Shown: one piece after another, positions 41,496-54,759 of the stretch
Layout of the letters: each line of letters opens with the position of its first letter
How positions within the stretch are numbered: the first letter of the stretch is position 1
DNA from: Octopus vulgaris
Lineage: Eukaryota
Direction of reading: 5' to 3'
DNA: 64,000 nucleotides
NCBI GenBank assembly: GCA_951406725.2
Contig: OX597821.1
Coordinates: 95,294,001 to 95,358,000 of the forward strand
Translations under genes and position numbers: made by a program
Notes under the pieces: generated by a model
Seen by the model: the letters and a program-made list of their open reading frames with translations, nothing else
The model's database searches: none
What the model was told of the DNA's origin: nothing

Positions 41496-42098
41496 CAGTA
41501 GAATGACGATGTAGTTACGTTGCATCCAGTCTTATCGTTAAAGGCATGAAACTGGGTATTAGTATTTTTGGTGGATTACTGAGGAAGGACTAGGTTCCGT
41601 GTGTCTGTCCTACGTGTACGTTTTGTAGTAGTTAATGCAGTTTCCCTTTATGAAATAACTGAACGCCACGCACCCCGACATGACGCACTTCTTTCAGTTT
41701 CTGTCTACCAATTCCACTCTCAAGGCTTTGATCAGTCCGAAGCTGTAGAAGAAGACACTTGTCCAAGGTACTATTCAATGGACTGAACTCGGAACCGTGT
41801 CATTGGGAAGCAAGCTTCTTACCACACAGCCATGCCTGCATCTTACACACATATGTATGAAGATGATACTATCTCCTTCCCTTGATATCATATGATAAGT
41901 TTTAAACGAATGTCACCGTTATGGAAGTGGTGTCGTTCATTTCCAATATTCCGCGATAATCATATCTGGCCACGGGAAAATATGACCTTGCTTGGAAACT
42001 CCGGAAGGTTGGCGACAGGAAACTGTTTAAACAGCGCGCGGATGGAAAAGTAGGCGCTAAAATGATGATGATAATGATATATATATATGTATGTTAAA

Positions 42099-42498
42099 GG
42101 CGGCGAGCTGGCAGAAACGTTAGCACGCCGGGCGAAATGCGTAGCCGTATTTCGTCTGCAGTTACGTTCTGGGTTCACATTCCACCGAGGTCGACTTTGC
42201 CTTTCATCCTTTCGGGGTCGATAAATTAAGTACCAGTTACGCACTGGGGTCGATGTAATCGAATCAATCCGTTTGTCTGTCCTTGTTTTTCCCCTCTGTG
42301 TTTAGCCCCTTGTGGGTAGTAAAGAAATACGTATTTCATCTGCTGTTACGTTCTGGGTTCACATTCCGCCGAGGTCGACTTTGCCTTTCATCGTTTCGGG
42401 TTCGATAAATTAAGTACCAGTTACGCACTGGGGTCGATGTAATCGAATCAATCCGTTTGTCTGTCCTTGTTTAGCCCCTTGTGGATAGTAAAGAAATA
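42099..42498 (+). mobile_element. Nin-domain SINE with tandem partial duplication (other copies at 37030-37240, 39650-39800, 52022-52234)
   Basis: GCCTTTCATCCTTTCGGGGTCGATAAATTAAGTACCAG Nin-like domain occurs twice (42199, 42383). Confidence 0.85.
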
Positions 42499-43088
42499 CA
42501 TATATGTAAGTTTGTGTGTGTGTTATCTAGCGCAAAATTTTGAGAATGAAAGGTATTCCAACTCTCAAACTAGACACCACTACATAGTACCAAAAGGATC
42601 ACAGATTTTCAATACCTTTTCGTGGTGGAAACTACTCTCTCAAAGTACCGGGTGTTAAAACACATGAAATTCATGGACAGGGAAGACAACTTACTCCAAG
42701 CCCCATTCAGAAATGATGGACATTGATGTTTCACCGTGTTTGTGACTTATCAACACCACGTACCTCGACCTTATTTGAGTCTATTCTTACGTATGCATTA
42801 TGCGGACATACCAGCACATAGTTTTCCCACTCTATGTATATAAGCCGTAGACTGGCAGTGGGATTCAGCTCTGATTCGGATATCTATCAACTTCTTTGAA
42901 AAAATGTTTTCTAAAATGTAATGTTTGGCAACTCACAATTCTTTATAAAATGAGCTATTCAAGTAGTTTATGCCCACGAATTTCATAAATAGGAGATAAT
43001 TTTGAGACTTCTAAAAACGTTTCTGATTCAGGAGATAAAACTTTTATAGCTGCAAATATTCTCGTGTTGCATTAATTGAAACCACTTT

Positions 43089-44075
43089 GGATCTTTTCAT
43101 TTTGAAGGCCAGATTTTCCTAGTTAACTAAACAATTTGAAACTTCGTATACTGGTAGAATGTGTCAAAAGTAAACATTATTGTAAACAAAATTGTAATTT
43201 GTAACTTAAACGTAGTTTAATTTTAAGAATTTTAACCAATGAAATCCCAACATCTTCGAATTTTAACCAATGAAATCCCAGCATTGCTGCGTTATCGATA
43301 TTGCTAAAGAAATATAGCAGACGCACGACACACACACACTCTCTCTTTCTCTCTCAAACACATGCATATACATTTGCACAAGCACATAGTAATTAATATA
43401 TAAGCGTACACACACATACAAACGGACATACATACACACACATACGCACACAAGCATACATTACACGTTCGTGTTTTGCCACTTGCCGCAACAAATTTGC
43501 ACAAAAGGTAAATAAACCAGAAGGGGGGGGTCAATGTTTCATCGTTTCGGGGTCGATAAATTAAGTACCAATTACGCACTGGTGTCGAGGATTTTTTCCC
43601 CAATTTATATCACAGCTTCCGACAAGCTGGGGGCATCCTTTTATGAAAAAATATTTCACAAATTTTTACAATACTACTCACACTCCACGCGCAAACTCGA
43701 GACCGATTTAGGCATATTATTGTTTTGTTTTTGTTGTTTCTGGCCCTTCAAAACCATGGGAGAAGCCTTTCCGGTAAAAAAAAAAAGAAAATATTCAAAA
43801 AATATCGTTAATATTTTTATTGGGCGACGAAATTAATCGATCTAAGAGATATAGCTGTTATTTCTAGTACATGTAGAAGACAGAAGAAGAGGTAAATAAT
43901 TTGAGCTCGAATGCTGCGATTTCATTGGTTAAAATTCTTAAAATTAAACTACGTTTAAGTTACGAATTACAATCTTGTTTACAATAATGTTTTCTTTTGA
44001 CACATTCTACCAGTATACGAAGTTTCAAATTGTTTAGTTAACTAGGAAAATCTGGCCTTCAAAATGAAAAGATCC
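43089..44075. mobile_element. MITE with ~158-bp near-perfect TIRs
   Basis: GGATCTTTTCATTTTGAAGGCCAGATTTTCC... (43089-43246) is the reverse complement of 43918-44075; superfamily unassigned and no clean TSD. Confidence 0.88.
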
Positions 44076-44192
44076 ACTACGGATACTTTAGAGTTCTCCG
44101 ATGCAGTTATTGCAAATACTACTGTAAATACAATAAAAAAGTACATATCTGTTGTCAGAATTTCCATGATCTACAATTGACATTAATACTGA

Positions 44193-44562
44193 CTAGCACT
44201 ATGACCCGGCGTTGCCGGGTCATAGTGCTAGTGCATGCATATAAAACTGCGTTCGTGCGCACATTACACGCGAGTACTGTCCAAATCTCTAACCAATCAC
44301 ATACAGCTAGCTGGCATTCAAATAGCGTATCAAGTTTCGGGCATTTTGATTGGGTTTTGGATGAAAATTCACAAAAAAGTCACTTCTATTGATTTTTTTA
44401 ATGGCTTTGCGGGTTGACTGGGGAAAATGTAATGATGTGCACGACCACCCTTGGACGGTTTTGAATGACCATAGAAAGTGTGAGCTCTCTAACTGAAAAA
44501 TTGTGGATTTGTATAAAGGACACACACACAGACAGACATTTTGCCGTTTACATATAGAGAGA
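44193..44562 (-). mobile_element. Non-autonomous Helitron with extended terminal palindrome
   Basis: Minus-strand 5' TC at 44562, 3' CTAG at 44193-44196, hairpin CCCGGC-AAC-GCCGGG near the 3' end. Confidence 0.75.
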
Positions 44563-45371
44563 TGATTGAGTAGTATTCTCTGAAACCTCACGCGTGCGTT
44601 GAAGAATAGAACTATTGTCTTCCATATGGAATTCCTTAAGAGATAATGCTCTGAAATTTGTACAGAGATGCATTTCTGTCTTTTTTATGCCTGACGAATG
44701 CAGTGTTAGATGATCACACAATCATCTAATTCCTGCGGGAAACCGATTGGCAAGATTGGCTGAGATGAATTTATACTGAAATTTCCCTCATTCTCATTTC
44801 TTTCGAAATATTTAGCACAGTACAGACTCTTTCGGATAAATCACAGTCATCATGTTGTGACAATTTATTTGGTACATCAAGAATATTTTCAAGTAGATAA
44901 ATAAATAAAAAATTTCAAGCTAGTAATCTGTTTGAAAATAACAGTTGCTTCGATTCTGATACTTGTATCTGGAATGTCGTTTTCCGCATCCCAATGCACT
45001 CGCACTATGTGTTCATGATTGGTAAGTGTTATAGCGGTAACAGTTGCTAGATACCATGACCATCGTCATTCCAAGAAACGCTTCAAGTGTTTTCTTTTGT
45101 ATTCATCAAACAACTTTGGTCCACAAGCAACAAAATAAAACAAAACAAGAAAAATTGCAGCAAAGCGGTGTCAAGAATTTTTCTCTCCGCATTAGCGGAT
45201 ATAGAAACATGGTGTTGTCTACAAGGGGAATAACTTCAATAAATTCAACTTTCACAACCCCAAACTATGAATGGTGGAATATATGCACAATATAATGGGA
45301 TATCCTTGTAACTTTACGACATATATAAATTTATATATTCAATATCCTGTTGTGTGTATATATATATATAC

Positions 45372-48300
45372 ACAAGAAAAAAGCAATAAGAATGGATTAG
45401 TTGTTCAGTACAATTGTTTCATACGAAGAACAGATTTATTAAAAGCTGCAAACATTGCAGCAAATACGAGTGTCCCGTATTCATCAGCCAAAAAACATAT
45501 GAGTTTTCCAAACATCCTAGGGGGTGAGACTACACTCATGAAGTATCTAATTACTACAAGGAATAATTTGAAAAAAATAAACCTAGAAATGAAGGAAATT
45601 ATGGAAAGATACAATTTAACGGAAAGAACGGAGCCGCTTAAACCGTGTGAACCTAGAATCAACCTTAAGGACCACAAAAGGAATTTCATGGAAAACCCTT
45701 CGGTAAGGCTTATTTGTCCAACTAAGTCAGACATTGGCCGGCTTAGTAAATCTATCCTGGATACTGTTCTACCCCAAATAACCCCGATTCTTCCCTTAAG
45801 TCTTTGGCTAAATACCGATGAAGTATTAAAATGGTTTAATTCTCTAACTAATACTAGTAGTCTCTCCTTTATTCAGTTTGACATAAATAATTATTACTCT
45901 AGTATTTCCCCCATTTTGCTAAATAAATCACTTATATTTGCCATGAATCGCTCCCTCATATCTAGAGAGGAAATCGATATAGTGCTATTAGCTAGAAAAA
46001 CATTTATAGAATTTGAAGGAAAATTATGGACTAGAGCAGATACCCCTAATAATTTCGATATACCCATGGGTTCTAGTGATTCGGCTGAGGTAACTAATTT
46101 GGTAGGTGCGTATCTATTAAGGTGCATAAAAAGGGAGATTCCGGAATTACAAGGTGGTCTATACAGGGATGATGCTCTGTTTGTTATTCCTAGTAATAAT
46201 AAATCTAGCATTGAACGGATTAGAAAGACAATTAATAGGTTCTTTAAAGATTTCAACCTTAGCATAACTTAAGAATCTGGCACTAAAATAGTCAATTTCC
46301 TAGATATTACATTAGACCTTAACTCTAAGCTGCATTACCCCTTTAGAAAGGAAGGTGAAATCACGAGATACGTAAATAAATTATCCAATCATCACCCAAA
46401 TATAATAAAATCATTGGTTAGAAATATTTCCTTAAGAATCTCCAAATTGTCATCTAATAATGATATATTTAACTCTCATTCTGAGCATTATAATGCGGGG
46501 TTATCTAAGGCAGGATACAACCAAAAGATTATCTTTATTGATAAGGAGAGCTTACATATTCCTAATAATGGAGGTAGCAGTAACCACGTAAACAAAAATA
46601 TAGATCACGCCCGAAATAAAAGTAGAAATAGATTTACGGTGGCAACAAATCTAGCGTGCAAGCCTAATCATAAGAATAAAAATATAGACCAGAGCATAGG
46701 TAACTCTGATAAAACCAATTTAGATAAATCAAAAAAGCATACAAATAATAGTAATAAATATAATAGCTCTGGTGGGATCAGTAATAATTCAACTAACCCT
46801 AATTCTAATTTAAGAAAATTTAATAAGAAAGATATAATCTGGCTGAATATTCCTTTCAACTGAGCGATTTTATCGGATATACAAGGCAGATTCAAATTAA
46901 TTCTAGAAAAAAATTTCCCAGCCTCTCATAAATATCATAGAATAATTTCTAAAAGAACGGTTAGGATTTCTTATTCAACCCTCCCAAATATGTCCACTAT
47001 AATAGCTAAGATTAATAATAAAAACATTAAGCTAGCCAGGAATAATAAGACTAATACCAACATGAATACCAATAACAATGGTAATGATATTATCAAAAAT
47101 AAAAATAATAACCACAGTAATAGTAACTATCAAAACAAAGGTAGCATCAATAACTATGGAATAACTAATAATAATATTAATATTAATAGGAATAATAATG
47201 ATAATAATATGAGCAATGCAAAAAGAGAAAATATCGGGAATGAAGACAACATTGATATCTATAACAGCAATATGCATTCGGATATAAACACAAGCAATAA
47301 TAGTAGCAATACCAATAATGTGGGTAATTATGATATGGCTAAAGAGCTAAATGATAGTGTAAGCGGATCGATAAATGATAACACAGCTTTAGATAACAAC
47401 ATTACCTATAATAACGATAATTATACTCATAATAATCTGAATAGCAGCAATATGAGATATCTATCCTTAAATAATTCTAAATCTGAAGATGATCCCCCTA
47501 GGTGTAATTGTAGGATTAAGTCAAAATGCCCGGCACCTGGTCTGTGTGGAGTCCATAACGTAATCTATAAATGTACCATAACTACTGAGAATAGCAAATT
47601 TTTTTTATTTGGGTTGTACTATAAAATTTAAACAAAGAGTTAGCAACCATATCTCCTCATTTAAGTTACGCCATAAAGCTGGTTGCACCACACTTTCAAG
47701 TAAGATCTGGGAACTCAAAAATAATAATATTAAATATAACCTTAATTGGGAAATAGTTAGAAGAGCGATACCTTATAGAAATAACAGGGTAGGTTACCAA
47801 CTCTGCTCCATGGAGACATGAAATTTTAAGGCATAGAAAAAAAAAATTTATTAAATAACCGTTATCGAATTAGGTCGATCTTGTATTCACTCAAAAATCA
47901 AGACTCTTAAATATTTTAAATAAAAATCGTATAGAATAATCGTATAGAGCTAGGTCTATCTCGTTTTTACTAAAAAAGCAAAACTCTAATATATTTTAAA
48001 TAGACATCTGTGAGCTCTTCCACTGGTGTTCTTTCTTTCTAACTGTACCTGCTTTAGAACACAAAGAAACAAATAGTATTTGTACGTTGCCAAAATTTTA
48101 ATTGACTATATAGTTAATTTAATTAACCCAACTTAAATCAAATAAATTGCTAATACTTCCTAATTCTATTCTAAGTTTAATAGGTAATGCTACTCCCTTA
48201 ATAATAATATAAAGAATTTTCACTATGATTTTCACTATATTTTGAATAAGCAATACTCTCACACCTTTTACTATAGAAATTAATTGACCTCTAGGTATAG

Positions 48301-49146
48301 ACCTAAAGTCTGTCTTACAATGTATAAACATTAGTATAAATAGAAACAATAATAAATAAATAAATAACCTCCTGTTCTAGTGTTGCACTTAAATTTCTTA
48401 ATGTATTTTCCTCTACTGATAGCCTTTGACCCCTTTAATTCTTTCCTTTGTTCTCTTTATATTCTTTATCCCACCATTAACTCTGTAGGAGCGGCAGTTA
48501 ATAGCTGTCTGATGGTCAAAAATAACGTTCTCTTATAAATTATAAATCTTAGATTCCTGCAACACTGACCTTGATTTTCTGTCACCACAGAAATAAACTA
48601 AACCTTGTAGGTTGTGTACTTACACCCCCTTCCTCACATAATGTCCTTATTTGAGCGGTTTCTGCTTCACTGACTTCTTTTAGCCAATATAGCCAATCTC
48701 TTCTTCCAACATAGTAGTTTTGTGAAACGAATAGAAGTGTGATCAACATCTTCTCCTCATATATCAGGAAATTTACATCTGCATTATTATGGATACATTC
48801 ATCTTCTCTGAGAATAAAATCTCTCCTCATATCTCCGGAAATTACACCTGCATTATTATGGATGGATTTACCTTTTCTGTGAAGCTAACAATCTTTTTTA
48901 AAAACCTTTTATAAAACTGTGCATCATTAGAGAACATTTTAAGTCTGCTTACAACCTAACTTTGCTTTTCATAGAACTCTCTTCGATACTTCATGAGTTT
49001 GGATGTTTGGAAAACTCATATGTGTTTTGGCTGATGAATACGGGACACTTGTATTTGCTGCAATATTTGCAGCTTTTAATAAAGCTGTTCTTCGTATAAA
49101 ACAATTGTACTGAACAACTAATCCATTCTTGTTGCTTTTTTCTTGT
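45372..49146 (+). mobile_element. 5'-truncated Penelope-like retroelement (Naiad-clade-like) with inverted pseudo-LTR
   Basis: ORF remnant ~45548-47900: LKDHK..NPSVRLICPTKSDIG, FDINNYY, IPMGS, YRDD, VNFLDI, IIWLNIPFN, ISYS, CNCRIKSKCP (CxCx5C), GIY-YIG VIY..YLG..FKQR..NH; stops at 46270 and 46861, frameshift ~47600; inverted repeat 45372-45547 / 48985-49146. Confidence 0.92.
45401..45497 (-). ncRNA. Type I hammerhead ribozyme motif in the inverted pseudo-LTR (sense copy ~49021-49118 has core G12 changed to A)
   Basis: Minus strand: TTTGG-CTGATGA-ATACG-(50 nt)-CGTAT-GAAAC-AATT-GTA-CTGAAC. Confidence 0.7.
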
Positions 49147-49264
49147 TTATAATCACCCCACATTATTTTATGGTTAATACCATATAGATTTCTGGTGCAT
49201 CTAAGTTAAATACCACATTCATGTGAATTCATTGGAACTCACTTGAATCTTAATTGTTTTACTG

Positions 49265-49345
<81 letters not shown>

Positions 49346-50040
49346 AGTAAATGGTACGATAATTAAGAGAAAATCACAATCTCAGTATTTTAAAATTATT
49401 TAAGCAGTGCAAACAAATTTTTTCGTTTTTCTGCTTCTCTTAATTTTTTGACATGCTCATTGCGTTTTGTTCTTTTCTTCCCGTTTTACGAATTCATTGT
49501 GCACATGCACACTGCGTGTTCATACTTCTCTTTCCAGTTCATACTCAAAACTGCTTATAGATCACAATCGTCTCACAAATTTGTGTTTGTGAGGAGCTCT
49601 TCGCGCTCCGATGGTTGCGAAAGAGAATTAAAAAAAGAAAACTGCGTCACTAATCACGCGAACGACAATCAAATGTAAACGAAAATTGAAGCAGAGAACA
49701 TTCGATTTTCCTTTCCTGCACATGATCTGGTGGTTTGAAGCCAGGGTGCTTGCAATAAATATCGGGTGCCAGAAGCGCACTGAGTAAACCAGCTGGAGAT
49801 GTCTTCCTAGAGTTAAATGGCAGTATCGTTGTCTCTTAGAGGACAACCACATTAAAGTAGCCTTAAGTAATACATTAAGATATTTATTCTTTTGTGTGGT
49901 AAGTAGCTTGCTTACGAACCACATGGTTCTGGGTTCAGTCCCACTGCGTGGCACCTTGGGCAAGTGTCTTCTACTATAGCCTCGGGCCGACCAAAGCCTT
50001 GTGAGTGGATTTGGTAGACGGAAACTGAAAGAAGCCTGTC

Positions 50041-50100
<60 letters not shown>

Positions 50101-50224
50101 ATATGTTTGTGTGTCTGTGTTTGTCCCCCCCCCCCAACATCGCTTGACAACCGATGCTGGTGTGTTTACGTCCCCGTAACTTAGCGGTTCGGCAAAAGTA
50201 CTGGGCTTATTCAGCAATTAGATC

Positions 50225-50589
50225 ACTACACTCGATGTCGCGATTTGCTAGAATATTACCCACGTGATAAAAAGAAAATCTAACCAATCACGACTTCGAC
50301 AAGAAGTGGCTCCAGCAACAATTCCAACTTAACGTACCTTTCTCTCTGAGTCTATCCAACACTATAAATTCAGCACACCTTAGCTACTTCACAGAGAACA
50401 TTGAGACACAGGAGTGATGGGATGGCAAACAGGAGGAGAATAGACACTGGCCCGAGCCGACAGTAGCTAAACAATGATAAACAACGACAGAAACACCAGC
50501 ACCAACTAACTACACTTTGACTGCTACTACAATCACACCAAGAACAATAACATTGAAATTCTCTCGATGTTTTGTCATTCGTAGTAATA
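50225..50589 (+). mobile_element. Possible solo LTR
   Basis: CCAAT (50284), TATAAA (50363) and AATAA (50546) in order, abutting a truncated SINE; termini and TSD not resolved. Confidence 0.3.
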
Positions 50590-51599
50590 TTTTTTTTCTT
50601 TACTCTTTTACTTGTTTCAGTCATTTGACTGTGGCCATGCTGGAGCACCACCTTTTTAGTCGAGCGAAAACACCTAAAGCTCCACGAGGCTCCGGCAGGG
50701 GATGGTGGTGATCCCTGCTGTACTCTTTCACCACAACTTTCTTTCACTCTTACTTCCTGTTTCTGTTGTACCTGTATTTCAAAGGGCCGGCCTTGTCACT
50801 CTCTGTGTCACGCTGAATATCTCCGAGAACTACGTTAAGGGTACACGTGTCTGTGGAGTGCTCAGCCACTTACACGTTAATTTCACGAGCAGGCTGTTCC
50901 GTTGATTCGGATCAACCGGAACCCTCGTCGTCGTAACCGACGGAGTGCTTCCATCCACCACTTCCCTTACGAATATATTGTCTAACATCTTTGAGTCACT
51001 TTTTATTGAATCGTTTATTATATTTTCGTTCTTAACTTTGGTTTGAGAAGAGGAAAAGTTACCATAGATCAATACTTCAAGAAACGCATTTCAAGAAGTT
51101 ATTGTTTGAGCGGTAGGAATGTCATGTGTATGTATGTACATATGTATGTATGTACGTATGTATGTATGCATGCATGTATATATGTGTATGTATTTATGCA
51201 TGTATGTGTGAGGTACGAGAATAGATTTATCACTCATCATCATCATCATCATCATCATCGTTTAACGTCCGCTTTCCATGCTAGCATGGGTTGAACGGTT
51301 CAACTGGGGTCTGGGAAGCCCGAAGGCTGCACCAGGCCAGTCAGATCTGGCAGTGTTTCTACAGCTGGATGCCCTTCCTAACGCCAACCACTCCGTGAGT
51401 ATAGTGGGTGCTTTTTATGTGCCACCGACACAGGTGCCAGACGAGGCTGGCGAACGGCCACGCTCGGATGGTGTTTTTTATGTGCCACTCCTTCTAATTA
51501 TAAAGAAATTATAAAGAAAACTACGATTATGTCTTTCGCAGAGAAGCTACTAACATACATATATATTTGCGACAGGGTTAGTGTTACTACGGAGAGGTA

Positions 51600-51968
51600 A
51601 CGTTTATTCCCACTTAAACGTGGATGTTCTGTTAGGACAAACTTTACTGTGGTATTTACCATGAGAGAAACTCTCATATAGGCTTTTAGTGCAGAATGCA
51701 CGCTTGTTTATATCGCTAGCGAGGTGATAAATTCTCACCAAATTCAGCACCCGAGACCACCAGATCACATGGTTTCGATCTATTTTGATCTCATCGATGA
51801 TGGACGCTCGACCAGTCGAGCGTTGGAGCTGGTGGGGAGTTATCTCCCCGCTGGTGATATAAACAAACATTCTGCACCAAAGACCTAGGTGAGAGTTTCT
51901 CTCATCGTACATAACGCAGTAAAGTTTGTTCTAACAGAACATCTACGTCTACGTGAGAAGAAACTAAC
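51600..51968. mobile_element. Fold-back/MITE element with ~140-bp diverged arms
   Basis: GATGTTCTGTTAGGACAAACTTTACTG..ATGAGAGAAACTCTCA..GTGCAGAATG (51623-51698) versus CATTCTGCAC..TGAGAGTTTCTCTCAT..CAGTAAAGTTTGTTCTAACAGAACATC (51868-51943). Confidence 0.75.
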
Positions 51969-52259
51969 GTACACAATAAACCATGAATCCACAGAAAATA
52001 TTCTACTGCAACAAACAAATATATTTCTTTATTACCCACAAGGGGCTAAACATAGAGGAGACAAACAAAGGGATTAAGTCAACTACATCGACCCCAGTGC
52101 GTAACTGGTACTTTATTTATCGACCCCGAAAGGATGAAAGGCAAAGTCGACCTCGGCGGAATTTGAACTCAGAACGTAGCGACAGACGAAATACTGCTGA
52201 GCAGTTCGCCCGGCGTGCTAACGGTTCTGCCAGCAAACAAATAACTTGTGTACATACAT

Positions 52260-52425
52260 AGGCGCAGGAGTGGATGTGTGGTAAGTAGCTTGCTAACCAG
52301 CCACATGGTTCCGGGTTCAGTCCCACTGCGTGGCATCTTGGGCAAGTGTCTTCTGCTATAGCCCCGGGCCGACCAATATCTTGTGAGTGGATTTGGTAGA
52401 CGGAAACTGAAAGAAGCCTGTCGTA

Positions 52426-52507
<82 letters not shown>

Positions 52508-52708
52508 TGTGTTTGTTCCCCTAGCATTGCTTGACAACCGATGCTGGTGTGTTTACGTCCTCGTAACTTAGCGGTTCGGCAAAAGAGACCGATAGAATAA
52601 GTACTGGGCCTACAAAGAATAAGTCCCGGGGTCGATTTACTCGACTAAAGGCGGTGCTCCAGCATGGCCGCAGTCAAATGACTGAAACAAGTAAAAGAGT
52701 AAAGAGTA
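52260..52708 (+). mobile_element. Full-length young tRNA-derived SINE (CR1-type tail); heads also at 27308 and 49893
   Basis: A/B boxes, TTGGGCAAGTG core, internal (TA)n(TG)n, (AAAGAGT)n tail. Confidence 0.9.
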
Positions 52709-53192
52709 TACAACGACGTAACGACGACGTTAACTTTATATTGTAACGACTGATATTATAATCAACTTAATAAATAACCATTTAAATAATTAATCAAAGC
52801 ATTTCTCCTATCTTGACCTTAATCATCGTCGTTACATATGTATGGTGTGTGTATATATGTATGTATGCATGTCTACATCGTAGTCTACACCATCGAAACC
52901 AGGGGTGGGGAAATCCCCGCCCACAAGCCCACTTTATTGCGCTCGCAGGCTGATATACTCGTATGTACAAAATAAAGTAAATTTTTCGATTATAAAATTT
53001 ATACAGTACTCGTATGCCTATTTGCCACATAGGTCGGGTTTCCACTACTACTTAAAACGGTCAGACTCGAACAGAAATCGTTCGGTAATTGCCATTTGAA
53101 TGGAAATTTGGTTTTACTATGTAAGAAATAGGATCACATGTGGTCGTATCGTGTAGGAAATACGATCGCACGTGGTTCTACTCTCAACGAAT

Positions 53193-53970
53193 TATTACAA
53201 GCCATAAATACATGCAGTAACAATAGAACATAAGTGGATTGACAACAAGTCTTCTGTTTGAGATATAAACATTATTTATTTTACAATCGTGTCAATGTTA
53301 GGAGTTTGTAAACGTTAGCACGTATGTACGCATGCAACACGTGTTTGTGTCTGTGTGTTCGTGTGTGTGACAGAACAAACAGGGTGAATGCGGTTTACAT
53401 AGAAAAGTACGAAGCAAAGAGTCAATAATGGAATTTGGCTTACAGTTTGTGTGCAAAGATGTTAGAGGTGACTCGAAGTCGATACATGATGATGGAGACG
53501 GCGAAGGTAGTAGGCTGTCTGTGATAGTGTACATTAGCGTCGTAGCTAGTAGTAGCAGGAACGATCGTATATCGCTTGGTTGAGTAACGCTGTGGCCTAA
53601 AGTTAGCTCTTAGAAGAACTGAAACTAAAAGACGAAAAGTGTCTGAAAACATTCCTTTATATACCGTTTGGGTGGCTCAAACGAACTTCAGAAATGGAAT
53701 CTTACCAAAGGCCGCGATTGGTTGGCTTAGAAAAATGGCGCGAAATATGTAGAGACAAACCGCGTCACATGTCAACCAGTGGCGCGAACTATGTAGAGAC
53801 CACTCGTGTCACATGTCAGCCAATCAGGTTAGTGTTTACAACGAGAACAAGTTGGCCAAAGATGGCTGTAACCTCAAACGAGATCATTTCTGCCTTGCCT
53901 TTCAAACAGTGAAGATATTAGAAATCGCTATAGTCATATTTCAAAATGGCTGAAACTGCCATGCTACAAC
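53193..53970 (-). mobile_element. Possible solo LTR
   Basis: Minus-strand CCAAT (~53720), TATATAAA (~53660) and AATAAA (~53275) in order; 43-bp tandem duplication at 53738-53825. Boundaries uncertain. Confidence 0.3.
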
Positions 53971-54759
53971 TATAAAACACATTTTACTAGGTTTGTACAA
54001 GCCCCTTGAGACCCAACTACACTTTAGCTGAGAAAATAAAATATTTATTGCATGTATGGAAATAATTGCTATATGAAACGAAAGTTGAAGGATTGTAGAA
54101 AATACAGTTAAAAATCATTCATATCCAAGAACCCCAAGTATTTAAATTTTCCTCCCTATTTCATTTTTCACGTTTTTTACGAAAAAAAAAAAAATCTCCG
54201 AAACCGACACTGACCCTCTCTGTCAATCGATAAATAAAAAATATTTTAAAATCTATTAAAAATCAAAAACAATTTGGTAAAGCTTCATCGAAACAGAAAC
54301 TACTAATTAGTAGTCAACAGGGTTATAAAAAAAATTACTTTTTTTCTGAAAAAGCATTGAAAAATAACTTTTTTCGAAAGGGGTTTTACCTTTTTGCTAT
54401 CAGAGGGTGTCAAAAAGGTCAACAATAGTTACTTTCATCTGCCATAGGCTTATCAGTTATCGCCCTTCCCTATCCACTCGCTTGTAAACACCTGGATGGA
54501 CAACGGAGAGAGGAAAATCAAGTTAAACCTTGCAGAACCAAACAATATCTTAATTTTTTGCAGATTATTATTTTTTACGATTTCTACAACACTGAACACA
54601 TGCCTTATGTCTACGAGCCAGCTGACTTTTGTTTTTCCCAGGTGGCAGTAATAACAAAAATTCCGAAAGTGATAATATATAAATTTAACTGGTTTATAAC
54701 TTTGTTAAATCAATTTTCCAATACTCTTATCAATATGGCCCAGCAGTTATAAAAATCCT

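Noticed and set aside
45271-45547. N-terminus of the 333-aa ORF and its 'paralogue' ORF at 48969-49163
   Set aside because: Both are read-through of the non-coding inverted pseudo-LTR; RT similarity starts only after ~45548.
52742-52836. TGTAACGAC...GTCGTTACA LTR-like termini
   Set aside because: Only 95 bp with a 9-bp inverted repeat and no clear TSD; insufficient evidence.
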